From: Acaryochloris marina S15
Lineage (GTDB): Bacteria > Cyanobacteriota > Cyanobacteriia > Thermosynechococcales > Thermosynechococcaceae
Direction: 5' to 3'
NCBI RefSeq assembly: GCF_018336915.1
Contig: NZ_CP064923.1
Location: forward strand, 1,150,653 to 1,174,652
DNA length: 24,000 bases
Shown: piece after piece, positions 1-9,350 of the stretch
Position numbering within the stretch: the first letter of the stretch is position 1
Layout: each line of letters opens with the position of its first letter
Translations under genes and position numbers: made by a program
Notes under the pieces: model-generated
Databases searched by the model: none
Seen by the model: the letters and a program-made list of their open reading frames with translations, nothing else
What the model was told of the DNA's origin: nothing

Positions 1-39
1 ACGGACCTCTAGTTCAGACTGAAGTCAATGGCCACAACC

Positions 40-117
40 TCACGGTTGTTGTGTTTTCAAAAAATCACCAATTTCCTGTATTAGCCACGCTTTTTCACTA
101 GGGCGAAGCTTCGTGCC
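40..117 (-). pseudogene. 3' remnant (last ~25 codons plus stop) of a fourth copy of the tandem Ser/Thr kinase gene
   Basis: Minus-strand translation reads GTKLRPSEKAWLIQEIGDFLKTQQP*. This aligns with the C-terminal tails of the intact kinases, e.g. GTMLSPSEKGWLVEEIGDFLMSQQR* (about 17/25 identical by eye). There is no kinase domain and no start codon. The frame is closed by a TAA a few codons upstream, inside the adjacent IR element. Confidence 0.55.
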
Positions 118-255
118 GGCACTGTTTTGTTAAGGAGTGATAGGGATATCAAACCTAAATCTAGAAAGACTTCTAGAAGTTTTCGCTTAAAATAGCTAGA
201 ACACTCTACTGGCAAGGGGTTTCGCGGGTTTATCACTCCTTAAGAGAGCAGTGCC
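118..255. mobile_element. 138-bp element with 25-bp terminal inverted repeats (MITE-like, non-coding)
   Basis: The reverse complement of 118..142 (tatcactccttaacaaaacagtgcc) matches 231..255 (tatcactccttaagagagcagtgcc) at 22/25. There is an internal 7-bp hairpin, tctagaa-agac-ttctaga, at 160..177. No ORF. It sits where most of a fourth kinase copy should be. Confidence 0.4.
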
Positions 256-307
256 TCAAAAAATAGGCTGGTCATCTAAAACAAGCATCAATTCTTTTGA
301 AGCCCAC

Positions 308-1690
308 TCATCGCTGCTGAGATCTTAGAAAGTCACCAACCTCTTCGACTAACCATGCTTGTTCCCGAGGACTAAGCCACGCCCCAAAGTGATAGTGAGA
401 ATCTTTAGTCATGAGAGTGCAGATTTTAACGGGAAGACCACTACTTGCATAGGTGGTTGTCAACTTAATTCCTGATAAATCTACAGTTTGCCCACCTTGG
501 CCATAGCGGCACCCTGGTAAATTAACCTGCCGGAATAACCGAAAATACTCAGGATTAATCTCCAAGTATGTGTGTCCAACAATATAAAACAAAGCCGCTA
601 TTAACAGCCCAATCCCAATTCCCCCAACAAAAAAGATAGTGAACCCAAACATCAGTGGGGATAAGCCGGCTCTAAAAACATTTAAAAGGACAACAAAAAT
701 CATTGCATTGACAAAGACCGTAAAACAGCCTGTGAGCACAGTGTCACTTCGCCAACCAATAGGCGGTATATGAACGAAAAGGCCTGTCTTCGTCTTCTGT
801 AATTTAACCTTGCTATCATCTGGTTGATGATGGATGGTTAGAGATTCAGGTCCATTAAGAGTGAGTTGCTGTATGGCACTTGGCTGTCTTAGCACTGCAA
901 TCGCATCCTGAGCTGTAACAAACCGATCCTCTACCGCAGGCTCCAACATGTGATCCAGCCAATCGGCAAAATCTGGATCGAGTTGTACGACTGAGCGAAA
1001 ATCAATTTTGAGCCGTTTTTGAGGTACATCAGCAGGAGAGCAATGGGTTAAGAGAAAGATTAATGTCGCTCCCAAGGAGTAGAGATCAGTTGCAGGTACC
1101 GCTTTCCCCCGAAAATGTTCAGGGGCCATATAACCATAAGTACCGACAATGGTGCTGCCCATCATCGTATGGTGATAAACAGTTTGCACAGCACCAAAAT
1201 CGACCAAATAAATCTGACCTTTGTCGCTCCGAACAAGATTTTGAGGCTTAATATCCCGATGAATAATGGCAGGCGTTAGTTCATGCAGGTACGTCAAGAT
1301 CTCCAGCACTTGCAACCCTATCTGTTGCACTTCAGATTGGTTTACTCGCCAACCTTGATTGACTAATGCAGCTAAAGATTTACCAGGGGCTAGTTCTTGG
1401 ACAATATAGAACCATCGATCTTCCTCCGTATCCATTTGAAAGTAGTCAATGTACCGAGGAATGGCTGGATGATCGAGCTGCGACAAAACCTGTGCTTCTC
1501 TGTCAAATAGTTCAAGCTGTTTCCAACCCCGTATTCCTTTAAGAGACAATGCTTTAAGGGCATACTGCTGATGAGTATGAACATCTTCAACTGCGAAGGT
1601 TATACCACTGCTCCCCTGCCCCAAAACAGATTGCGTACGATACCGTCCAGCAATGAGGTCACCAATCTGGTGTAAGGGTTGCCTAAGCAT
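308..1690 (-). CDS. Hanks-type Ser/Thr protein kinase with C-terminal transmembrane hairpin and about 90-aa tail domain (paralogue 1)
   Basis: Motifs: Gly-loop GQGSSGITF, ALK lysine, catalytic loop HRDIKPQN, DFG, GTYGYMAPE. Hydrophobic segments FTVFVNAMIFVVLLNVF and FTIFFVGGIGIGLLIAALFYIV. I moved the start from the track's 1762 to the ATG at 1690 (MLRQPLHQIGDL...), because all three paralogues then begin 9 residues before GDLIA. Confidence 0.9.
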   Translation of the reverse strand: MLRQPLHQIGDLIAGRYRTQSVLGQGSSGITFAVEDVHTHQQYALKALSLKGIRGWKQLELFDREAQVLSQLDHPAIPRYIDYFQMDTEEDRWFYIVQELAPGKSLAALVNQGWRVNQSEVQQIGLQVLEILTYLHELTPAIIHRDIKPQNLVRSDKGQIYLVDFGAVQTVYHHTMMGSTIVGTYGYMAPEHFRGKAVPATDLYSLGATLIFLLTHCSPADVPQKRLKIDFRSVVQLDPDFADWLDHMLEPAVEDRFVTAQDAIAVLRQPSAIQQLTLNGPESLTIHHQPDDSKVKLQKTKTGLFVHIPPIGWRSDTVLTGCFTVFVNAMIFVVLLNVFRAGLSPLMFGFTIFFVGGIGIGLLIAALFYIVGHTYLEINPEYFRLFRQVNLPGCRYGQGGQTVDLSGIKLTTTYASSGLPVKICTLMTKDSHYHFGAWLSPREQAWLVEEVGDFLRSQQR

Positions 1691-1701
1691 GGAGTGAATG
1701 G

Positions 1702-1771
1702 TTAAAAACGCAATATTCCTATTGTGTCTTGACCTGAGCAATGGGGCTGTGATCGAAGGCAATCAACTGTT
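1702..1771 (-). promoter_or_regulatory. Conserved 5' leader/promoter block upstream of kinase paralogue 1
   Basis: This 70-nt block is about 80% identical (56/70 by hand alignment; 35/39 in the gene-proximal part) to 3162..3231 upstream of paralogue 2. The shared core is ttaaaaacgcaatayttctattgtgtcttgacct. Confidence 0.35.
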
Positions 1772-1794
1772 TAAGCGTAGCCTCCTCATGCTTG

Positions 1795-3150
1795 TTAGGG
1801 CCTCAAAAAATGACCTATTGTCTCGACTAACCAGGCTTGTTCATGGGGACTTAGATGTGTGCCAAAACTATATTGATGGTCTGTTGTGAAAAGAGTGCAG
1901 TATTTGACTTTACTCTTAGGAGATGTTGTTAACTTAATCCCGATCAAATCTAAAGTACGCCCTTTACGAGAACATTGTAGGCCGGGTAAATGAACCCGCC
2001 AGGACAAACGAAAATGATGAGGATCTATTTTGAGATGAGTATGCCCCGCAATAGCGAAGAAAACGGAATTGAACATCCCAATGCCAATCATCCCCCCGAG
2101 ACCCGCAGCAACCCCAAAGATCAATGGGGGCATGGCAGCTTTAAAAGCTAATAAAAACACAATCAGGATGCAGACATTGACCCAAAGCTGAAGACACTCT
2201 TGTTTCAAAGTTTCCCAGTGCCAGCCAACGGGGGGAATATGAACGGTCAGCGAAGCCTCCGTCTGATGCAATTTAATGTTGCTACCCATGGGCTGGGCTG
2301 GTACTACACCACTCACAAGCGAGCGTTTTGTTGTCATGCTGGGGTGTATTAGGGTTGCGATCGCAACCTGTGCTGAACCAAACCGATCCTCTACCGCAGG
2401 CTCCAGCATGTGATCCAGCCAATCGGCAAACCCAGGGTCAAGCCTGACGACTGAGCGAAAATCAATTTTCAGACGTTTTCGGGGTAAATCAGCAGGAGAA
2501 CAATGGGTGAGTAGAGATAGCAGTGTTGCTCCCAGAGAATAGAGGTCGGTTGCAGGAACCGCCTTTCCTTGGAAATGCTCAGGAGCCATATACCCATAGG
2601 TACCCACCACTGTACTGCCCATCATCGTATTGTGATAGACATTTTGGACCGCCCCAAAATCGACTAAAAAGACCTGGCCCTCATCGTTACGAATGATATT
2701 TTGGGGTTTAATATCTCGATGAATAATCGGTGGCGTTAGCTCATGCAGATATTTCAGAATGTCTAGAATCTGCAAAGCCAACTGACGGACTTCGGCTTGG
2801 CTGGCCTGCCATCCGTCTTTCATCAAATCTGTGAGGGATTTACCGGGGGCTAATTCCTGAACAATATAGAACCATCGATCTTCTGCAGTGTCTGTTTGGA
2901 AGTAGTCGATGTAATGGGGAATCGCTGGATGATCCAGCCGGGATAAAACCTGTGCTTCGCGCTCAAACAGCTCTAACTGTTTCCAATCCTGAATTCCCTT
3001 GAGGGATAAAGCTTTGAGAGCATACTGCTGATGAGTATCAACATCTTCCACAGCGAAGGTTATGCCAGTGCTACCCTGCCCCAACACGGATTGCACGCGA
3101 TACCGTTCAGCAATGAGATCGCCAATTGGGTGTGAAGTCTGCAAAAGCAT
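1795..3150 (-). CDS. Hanks-type Ser/Thr protein kinase with C-terminal transmembrane hairpin and tail domain (paralogue 2)
   Basis: 451-aa ORF with ATG start. Carries GQGSTGITF, ALK, HRDIKPQN, DFG and GTYGYMAPE. It shares long identical stretches with paralogues 1 and 3 across the kinase core. Two hydrophobic helices (LQLWVNVCILIVFLLAF, IFGVAAGLGGMIGIGMF) are followed by GHTHLKIDPHHF...LSPHEQAWLVETIGHFL. Confidence 0.92.
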   Translation of the reverse strand: MLLQTSHPIGDLIAERYRVQSVLGQGSTGITFAVEDVDTHQQYALKALSLKGIQDWKQLELFEREAQVLSRLDHPAIPHYIDYFQTDTAEDRWFYIVQELAPGKSLTDLMKDGWQASQAEVRQLALQILDILKYLHELTPPIIHRDIKPQNIIRNDEGQVFLVDFGAVQNVYHNTMMGSTVVGTYGYMAPEHFQGKAVPATDLYSLGATLLSLLTHCSPADLPRKRLKIDFRSVVRLDPGFADWLDHMLEPAVEDRFGSAQVAIATLIHPSMTTKRSLVSGVVPAQPMGSNIKLHQTEASLTVHIPPVGWHWETLKQECLQLWVNVCILIVFLLAFKAAMPPLIFGVAAGLGGMIGIGMFNSVFFAIAGHTHLKIDPHHFRLSWRVHLPGLQCSRKGRTLDLIGIKLTTSPKSKVKYCTLFTTDHQYSFGTHLSPHEQAWLVETIGHFLRP

Positions 3151-3161
3151 GAGGCGCTAAA

Positions 3162-3231
3162 TTAAAAACGCAATACTTCTATTGTGTCTTGACCTCAACA
3201 ATAGATTGGTGATCTAGAGCAATCAGCCGTT
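3162..3231 (-). promoter_or_regulatory. Conserved 5' leader/promoter block upstream of kinase paralogue 2
   Basis: Counterpart of 1702..1771 (see that entry). A degenerate copy of the distal half also follows the stop of paralogue 1 at about 253..300. Confidence 0.35.
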
Positions 3232-3245
3232 CTTCCTCCAGCCCT

Positions 3246-4628
3246 TCAACGTTGCTGAGACATCAAAAAGTCACCGATTTCCTCGACTAGCCACCCTTTT
3301 TCACTAGGGCTGAGCATAGTCCCAAATTTGTGGGTGTTAACACCTTCTAATAAGGTGCAGCCTTTCACAGGGCGATCATTACTGGTATAGGCAACCGTTA
3401 GCTTAATCCCTTCAATATCTTCAGTACGGCCACTACGACGGTATCGAAATCCCAAAGACTTTACTTGCCAGATTAATTCAAAGGTTTGAGGATTAATCTC
3501 CAAATGGGTGCGTCCTGCCATGCCAAAGATAGTCGCTCCTGCCATACCGAGACCGACAATCCAAAACGGAATAGAAAATAAGGGGAATATAAAAGGAGCG
3601 CCAGCCGCAATTGCTCCTGCAGTCCACACAAAAATAAACCCGTTCCAAAATACTGCAAAACACCCAATCCCAGCCGTTTCTCCTCGCAATCCGATGGGGG
3701 GAATATCAACTTTTAGGTCAGTCTTGGTGCGTTTTAAGGTTACTTTACTGCCCATCGGTTGCCGACGCAGGTCTTTGGCGCTGGGTTGAGCTATCGCTGA
3801 GGGGGGCGAACGGCGGGGAGGAGCTGTAAGCATATCAATCGCATCCTGAGCGGAAGCTAACCGATCTTCCACGGCAGGTTCCAGCATTTGATCGAGCCAA
3901 TCGGCAAAGTCCGGTTTGAGCTGGACAGCAGAGCGAAAGTCAATCTTCAGCCGTTTTTGAGGCAAATCTGCAGGGGAGCTGTGGGTAAGCAAAAATAGCA
4001 ATGTTGCTCCAAGGGAATATAAGTCCGTAGCAGGAACCGCTTTTCCTCGGAAATGTTCGGGAGCCATATAGCCATAGGTACCGACGACAGTACTACCCAC
4101 CATCGTATTTTGATAAACATTTTGGACTGCTCCAAAATCCACCAGGTAAATCTGACCGTCTTCGCTACGGATAATATTTTGCGGCTTAATATCTCGATGA
4201 ATAATCGGTGGCGTTAGCTCATGCAAGTATTTCAAAATATCTAGAATTTGCAAGGCGAACTGGCGAACTTCAGTTTGGCTTGCTCGCCATCCCTCTTTCA
4301 CTAGGTCTGCTAAGGACTGACCCGGCGCTAGTTCCTGAACAATATAGAACCACCGATTTTCTTCGGTATCAGTTTGGAAATAGTCGATGTAGTTGGGGAT
4401 GGCTGGATGATCCAGTTGGGATAAAACTTTGGCTTCTCGCTCAAACAGTTCGAGCTGCTTCCAATCTCCCATTCCCTTTAGGGATAGTTCTTTGAGGGCA
4501 AATTCTTGGTGAGAATAGATGTCTTCTGCGGCATAAGTAATGCCAGCCCCTCCCTTGCCGAGCACGGAAAGGAGACGGTATCGTTCCGCGATTAAATCTC
4601 CGGCCTGGCGATGGGAATGCTCAAACAT
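3246..4628 (-). CDS. Hanks-type Ser/Thr protein kinase with C-terminal transmembrane hairpin and tail domain (paralogue 3)
   Basis: Carries GKGGAGITY, ALK, HRDIKPQN, DFG and GTYGYMAPE. Hydrophobic segments FAVFWNGFIFVWTAGAIAAGA and FSIPFWIVGLGMAGATIF. I placed the start at the ATG at 4628 (MFEHSHRQAGDLIAERY), which matches the paralogue N-termini. The track ORF extends to 4718 through a hairpin and is probably over-extended. Confidence 0.9.
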   Translation of the reverse strand: MFEHSHRQAGDLIAERYRLLSVLGKGGAGITYAAEDIYSHQEFALKELSLKGMGDWKQLELFEREAKVLSQLDHPAIPNYIDYFQTDTEENRWFYIVQELAPGQSLADLVKEGWRASQTEVRQFALQILDILKYLHELTPPIIHRDIKPQNIIRSEDGQIYLVDFGAVQNVYQNTMVGSTVVGTYGYMAPEHFRGKAVPATDLYSLGATLLFLLTHSSPADLPQKRLKIDFRSAVQLKPDFADWLDQMLEPAVEDRLASAQDAIDMLTAPPRRSPPSAIAQPSAKDLRRQPMGSKVTLKRTKTDLKVDIPPIGLRGETAGIGCFAVFWNGFIFVWTAGAIAAGAPFIFPLFSIPFWIVGLGMAGATIFGMAGRTHLEINPQTFELIWQVKSLGFRYRRSGRTEDIEGIKLTVAYTSNDRPVKGCTLLEGVNTHKFGTMLSPSEKGWLVEEIGDFLMSQQR

Positions 4629-4683
4629 AACGTTGTTAGCTGACATAACATCAGGTTGCCCGCATAGGTGCTCTCTCTTGCAG

Positions 4684-4720
4684 AGATGGAGCTTCAACAT
4701 GATGAATTGAAGCTCCATCT
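4684..4720. promoter_or_regulatory. Perfect 14-bp stem / 9-nt loop hairpin in the 5' region of kinase paralogue 3
   Basis: agatggagcttcaa (4684..4697) is the exact reverse complement of ttgaagctccatct (4707..4720). The loop is catgatgaa. It lies 56 nt upstream of the preferred start codon at 4628. Confidence 0.3.
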
Positions 4721-5120
4721 ATTGCTGATTCTTCATACCTATAAATTCTGCTTCTTGCACCTATAAATTTAGAAGTTGAGGTTTTCTCATTCAGATAAAT
4801 TGAGACAAGAATCACATCTCAACAGAGGTTAGCCCATTGACCTTCGCAACATCGGCTTCGCCTTATCATCGGAAGTTAGAGAGTCAGCATCACAAGGTAC
4901 TCCTTACCAAGAACTATGCCCTGAGATAGAAGAATGTTTGCACTCTGTGATTCGATTACCGCACAATAGAGACTGTGACAAAACGTCATGCTGATGAAAT
5001 CTCTACGATGTTGATTTCAATCAGCTTATTTTTTTGCTCCGCAGTCGATCATCACAGTTCATACACTTGACTGGGCCTTGATCTGAACTACCTCAATCTT
5101 ATCCAAATAGCACCAAATCT

Positions 5121-7562
5121 ATGCGTATCTCTCTCAATTGGCTTAAGGATCTAGTCGATATCGATCTGTCACCCGAAGACCTGGCAGAACAACTGACTCT
5201 AGCTGGTTTTGAAGTCGAGGATATTGAAGATTTACGCACTTGGGCGGATGGCGTTGTGGTGGGAAAAGTTCTAACCTGTGAGTCCCATCCCAATGCTGAT
5301 AAACTGCGGGTTTGCACCGTTGATATTGGTGAAGCAGAACCATCTCAAATTGTCTGTGGTGCCCCCAACGTCAAGGCCGGACTGTTCGTTCCCGTTGCTA
5401 CCTTGGGCACCTACTTACCCACACCTGACTTAAAAATTAAAAAAGCCAAACTCCGAGGCGTCCCCTCTGCGGGCATGATTTGCTCTCTTACCGAACTGGG
5501 TTTAGAAAGCGAGATTGACGGTATCCATAGCTTTGATGCGGATGGCGTAGCAGTTGGAGGGGATGTTCGTCCCCTCTTAGGACTGGATGACGTCATCTTA
5601 GATCTGACCTCCACTGCTAACCGTGCCGATGCCCTGAGCATGGTCGGGGTCGCCCGTGAAGTTACGGCGCTGACAGGAGCACAGCTGAAACTACCGACCA
5701 CGCCCAAACTAGATATTCCGTCGGGCAAAGACATCAAAGTGGAATTGCCTGACTCTGAAGCCTGCCCTGCCTATATCGCCACTGTTCTAGAAGGCATCAC
5801 CATCGCCCCTTCTCCAGACTGGCTGCAGCAACGACTGATTGCCGCTGGCACTCGCCCCATTAATAATGTGGTGGATATTACCAACTATATTTTGCTGGAG
5901 TGGGGACAGCCCCTCCATGCCTTTGATGCTGATGCCCTCGACGCTTTAGGGAAGAAACAGCCCCTAACTTTGAGTGTACGTCTAGCTAAAGCAGGTGAAA
6001 CGCTTACGACCCTGGATAGCCAAAAGCGTGAGCTGCAAGAACAAACCCTGGTGATTACCGCTAATGATCAGCCTGTGGCATTAGGGGGCGTTATGGGAGG
6101 AGAAGATACGGAAGTTAAAGACACTAGCACCCGCTTGGTTCTTGAAGCTGCCCTATTCAACTCTCTGGTTATTCGGCGCTCAGCTCGTAGTCAAGGCTTG
6201 CGAAGTGAAGCCTCTGCTCGCTATGAACGTGGGGTGAATGAATCTCAGCTAGAAACCGCCTGCTTACATGCCCTGCAATTATTGGTAGATCTGACAGGAG
6301 CCAAGGTGGTGGCCCAACAGCGAGCCGACCATCGCAAATCCCTAGAACGGTCGATTGAGCTGCGTCTGGATCGAGTCAATCATGTGTTGGGTAAAGTCAA
6401 AGGCAAGCAAGGTGAACCTACCGACTTAACGGACAAGGACATTCTACCAATCCTCAAATCCCTTAGTTTTGATACCACCCCGACCGATCGATCTGAGACT
6501 TGGACTGTCACAGTGCCGCCTCATCGTCATAGTGATATCGAACGGGAAATCGACTTGGTGGAGGAAATTGCTCGACTGTATGGCTACGACAATTTCTGTG
6601 AAACCTTACCTGCTAAAACCGAGTTAGGAAGCCTATCCAGCCAGGATACTTTGGCCCGTAAACTTAGAGAAGCCTTCCGAGCGGTGGGTCTCACGGAGTT
6701 GATCCATTATTCCTGGGTAAAGCCTGAAGGTGACGAGCAGGTGGTGGTGGTAAATCCATTGCTAGTAGAGTTCTCCGCTCTGCGCACAGAAATGCTCACT
6801 AGCCTGCTCAATGCCTGCCAGCGGAATTGGGAACAGGGTAATGGAGCCTTAAATGGCTTTGAAGTCGGTCAAGTGTTCTGGAAAGACGGCGAAAAGCTGA
6901 AAGAAGCTCGGGCCATTGCAGGCATTCTGGGGGGTGACCCTGCCCAAGGCAAATGGATGCGCACCGCAAATCAGGACTATGCCATGACTTGGTTCGAAGC
7001 CAAGGGCTTACTGGAGCGAGTGCTGAACCAGTTGGGATTGTCTGTGACATTTCAGTCAGATTGCCCTGATGAACGGTTACATCCTGGGCGAACAGCCGCC
7101 CTGCTCTCCCAGGGAGCGAAGTTAGGCTATTTTGGCCAAATTCATCCTCAGGTGCAGCAGGACCGGGATTTGCCAACAGTCTATGTGTTTGAGCTGAATT
7201 TAGATCTGCTGCTAGAACAACTCGCCCGACTGCAAACCAAGTCAACCCTGTTCTCCACCTATTCTACCTATCCAGCCGCCGATCGGGATTTGGCTTTCTT
7301 TATCCCCACGGATATCACCGTTGCGGAAATCGAAAAGGTGATTCGCAAGGCGGCAGGTGGCCGCAAGCAATCTCTGCTCACGGCCATTGAGCTATTTGAT
7401 GAATATCAGGGGGAGCATGTGCCAGACGGGCAGCGGAGCTTGGCGTTTCGATTGCTGTATCAGGCCTGCGATCGCACCCTCACAGACGAAGAGGTCAACC
7501 CCATCCACCAAAAGGTACGTGACGCCCTCGAAAAACAGTTCAAGGTTAGCCTCAGAAGCTAA
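5121..7562 (+). CDS. pheT: Phenylalanine--tRNA ligase beta subunit
   Basis: 813-aa ORF. The N-terminus [12 protein letters not shown]... and the tRNA-binding region [26 protein letters not shown]...QIVCGAPN are textbook PheT. B3/4, B5 and C-terminal anticodon-binding-like regions follow (...SLAFRLLYQ...TLTDEEV). Confidence 0.97.
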   Translation: MRISLNWLKDLVDIDLSPEDLAEQLTLAGFEVEDIEDLRTWADGVVVGKVLTCESHPNADKLRVCTVDIGEAEPSQIVCGAPNVKAGLFVPVATLGTYLPTPDLKIKKAKLRGVPSAGMICSLTELGLESEIDGIHSFDADGVAVGGDVRPLLGLDDVILDLTSTANRADALSMVGVAREVTALTGAQLKLPTTPKLDIPSGKDIKVELPDSEACPAYIATVLEGITIAPSPDWLQQRLIAAGTRPINNVVDITNYILLEWGQPLHAFDADALDALGKKQPLTLSVRLAKAGETLTTLDSQKRELQEQTLVITANDQPVALGGVMGGEDTEVKDTSTRLVLEAALFNSLVIRRSARSQGLRSEASARYERGVNESQLETACLHALQLLVDLTGAKVVAQQRADHRKSLERSIELRLDRVNHVLGKVKGKQGEPTDLTDKDILPILKSLSFDTTPTDRSETWTVTVPPHRHSDIEREIDLVEEIARLYGYDNFCETLPAKTELGSLSSQDTLARKLREAFRAVGLTELIHYSWVKPEGDEQVVVVNPLLVEFSALRTEMLTSLLNACQRNWEQGNGALNGFEVGQVFWKDGEKLKEARAIAGILGGDPAQGKWMRTANQDYAMTWFEAKGLLERVLNQLGLSVTFQSDCPDERLHPGRTAALLSQGAKLGYFGQIHPQVQQDRDLPTVYVFELNLDLLLEQLARLQTKSTLFSTYSTYPAADRDLAFFIPTDITVAEIEKVIRKAAGGRKQSLLTAIELFDEYQGEHVPDGQRSLAFRLLYQACDRTLTDEEVNPIHQKVRDALEKQFKVSLRS

Positions 7563-8884
7563 GTCAGCTGACTTTCCGCTTTCTCGGGAAGTTTCACAAT
7601 AATTTGATTGCGGCCATTGACTTTGGCCTCATAGAGAGCTGCATCCGCAACCGCCACCAAGTTCGTCGGGTGATAAATCGGTTGGGGAACGGTACTAGCA
7701 ACGCCAATACTCAAGGTGACGTGATCGGCCACCTCCGACTGCAAATGCTCAATCTGCAAATCGAGCATGGCCCGCTGGATTTTCTCTGCTACCAGGCAGG
7801 CCTGTTTATGATCTGTATTGGGCATGATTACTGCAAACTCTTCTCCCCCATACCGAGTCGCTAAGTCCCCCGTCCGCCTGACATTGGCATTAATCGCACG
7901 GGCAATTTTTTGGAGGCAGTGATCCCCCGCTTGATGGCCATAGGCATCATTAAAAAGCTTGAAATAATCGGCATCACACATAATTAGGGCCAAAGGTCTC
8001 TGTTGGCGCTGCATCCGCCGCCATTCTTGCTCCAACACCTGATCAAAACACCGCCGATTAGCTAGTTCAGTCAAGCCATCCAGATGGGCAAGGCGATTCA
8101 AGGCAGCGGTCTTGGCCTCGACCTTAGATTGCAAAATTTGATTGCTATTTTGTAAATAACTAATCACCAGGATGAGACTTGTGACTGCCAGACAACCAAT
8201 TACAATCAACGTGGTCCAGATACTCTTTAATCCTTCTTGAGCCTGGGCAACAAAGGCATCAATGGGCTGCGTGATTTCTATAACCCCGCGCACATCACCC
8301 ACCTGCCAATCGGTTTTAGGACTACCCGGCCAAGTGTTATGACACTTGACACAGCTCGGTTCCATTTGGACGGCTTCGGCATAGCGAAACAAGAGGTGCT
8401 CCTTCTCCTTCGCTTTTTGGTAGTAGAAGCCAGTCGGATCTTGCTGTAAATACTTCAGAGCCTTCTGTTCAAAGACATTTTGGGGCCCCCCTGATCCTTG
8501 ACGATTGGGAAAAGGATAGTCACTAAATAAGCGAAAAGATAGACCGCTTTCCGATTGGCTGACCCGCTCTCCTAATTCAATCGTAAAAGTTGCGGGTACT
8601 GGGATGCCACCCGTTATTTGATGGTACTCAGGACTTGCCGTCACACTGTCTACATCGTCCAAACGCCCCACCACAGACTGGCTGTAAAGGAGCCACGCTT
8701 CCTTGACCGTATTCACAGAAACGCGCGCATGTTGAAGCGCTTGGGCATCCACTAAATCTGCCGACAACTCAAAGGTGCCAGAGAGGGCAACCCCCGTCCC
8801 AATGCAGAGCAGTAGCACTAGGATTAGCGCTATCCGTTGATACAACCAGAGTGTTAGCTTCCGAAACCGCTGCAAATTAGACAA
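7559..8884 (-). CDS. Membrane-anchored diguanylate cyclase (GGDEF) with periplasmic CxxCH haem-c sensor domain (Tll0287/DUF3365-like)
   Basis: N-terminal TM helix [17 protein letters not shown]. The sensor region carries CVKCH. A second TM helix follows ([19 protein letters not shown]). The GGDEF domain has the active site RYGGEEF and an RxxD I-site (RTGD) five residues upstream. The start codon at 8884 is TTG with no nearby in-frame ATG, so the exact start is uncertain. Its stop TAG (7559..7561) overlaps the pheT stop TAA (7560..7562). Confidence 0.88.
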   Translation of the reverse strand: MSNLQRFRKLTLWLYQRIALILVLLLCIGTGVALSGTFELSADLVDAQALQHARVSVNTVKEAWLLYSQSVVGRLDDVDSVTASPEYHQITGGIPVPATFTIELGERVSQSESGLSFRLFSDYPFPNRQGSGGPQNVFEQKALKYLQQDPTGFYYQKAKEKEHLLFRYAEAVQMEPSCVKCHNTWPGSPKTDWQVGDVRGVIEITQPIDAFVAQAQEGLKSIWTTLIVIGCLAVTSLILVISYLQNSNQILQSKVEAKTAALNRLAHLDGLTELANRRCFDQVLEQEWRRMQRQQRPLALIMCDADYFKLFNDAYGHQAGDHCLQKIARAINANVRRTGDLATRYGGEEFAVIMPNTDHKQACLVAEKIQRAMLDLQIEHLQSEVADHVTLSIGVASTVPQPIYHPTNLVAVADAALYEAKVNGRNQIIVKLPEKAESQLT

Positions 8885-9350
8885 GCCCCCAAAAGTTCAG
8901 CCTGCAGAGATAGCAAAGACAAACCTCAACTTAGTGATGACACCGAACTTTTCCGATTCACAGCAATCACTTAAGGGAAAATAATGCAGAGTATAACCAA
9001 TCGTTTACTGCTAGATTAGACGTCTTCAAGATGTCTGTAGTCTTGGCTGTTACTGACTAAAAATAGCGGAATAACACCCAGACTAGGTATCAAACAGTTC
9101 CTCAATGGTTAGATATAAAGCTCACCTGTTAATACCCATTAATTATAAAGACCGATTCGCCCAAATGCCCCATCAAACAGAGAAATTAGCGAATAAATAT
9201 ATCCCTTTCTTTCTGTCTAGAAATTAAAATACTTGAAGATCGCAATTTACTCTTGCAGTAAGAATTTGATCATAATCGAGCTCACAGACAGCTTTATCTT
9301 CGCCACGCTAGGCTAGAGACAGTATCCGCACCAGATATTTGGGAGACCAT

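Noticed and set aside
1691-1762. N-terminal extensions of the kinase ORFs in the track (308..1762 and 3246..4718)
   Set aside because: The three paralogues align from a Met located 9 residues before GDLIA. The extensions are not conserved between copies and run through leader or hairpin sequence.
1063-4495. Track ORFs antisense to or out of frame within the kinase genes (1063..1251, 1390..1590, 1698..1889, 3473..3709, 3508..3789, 3947..4135, 4208..4495)
   Set aside because: They lie wholly inside strongly supported kinase CDSs or span their junctions, have low-complexity or odd composition, and show no recognisable motifs. They are shadow ORFs.
4737-4769. Direct repeat acctataaatt at 4737..4747 and 4759..4769 (22-bp spacing) in the kinase/pheT intergenic region
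   Set aside because: These could be -10-like boxes or a regulator site. The repeat is short and AT-rich, and I cannot tie it to a -35 element or a transcript start, so it is not reported as a feature.
5099-7602. ORFs antisense to or overlapping pheT (5099..5317, 5143..5343, 5411..5737, 6808..7245, 7357..7602) and within the DGC (7604..7864, 8237..8449)
   Set aside because: They are embedded in high-confidence CDSs on the other strand or frame and have Arg/Ser/Pro-rich shadow-ORF composition.
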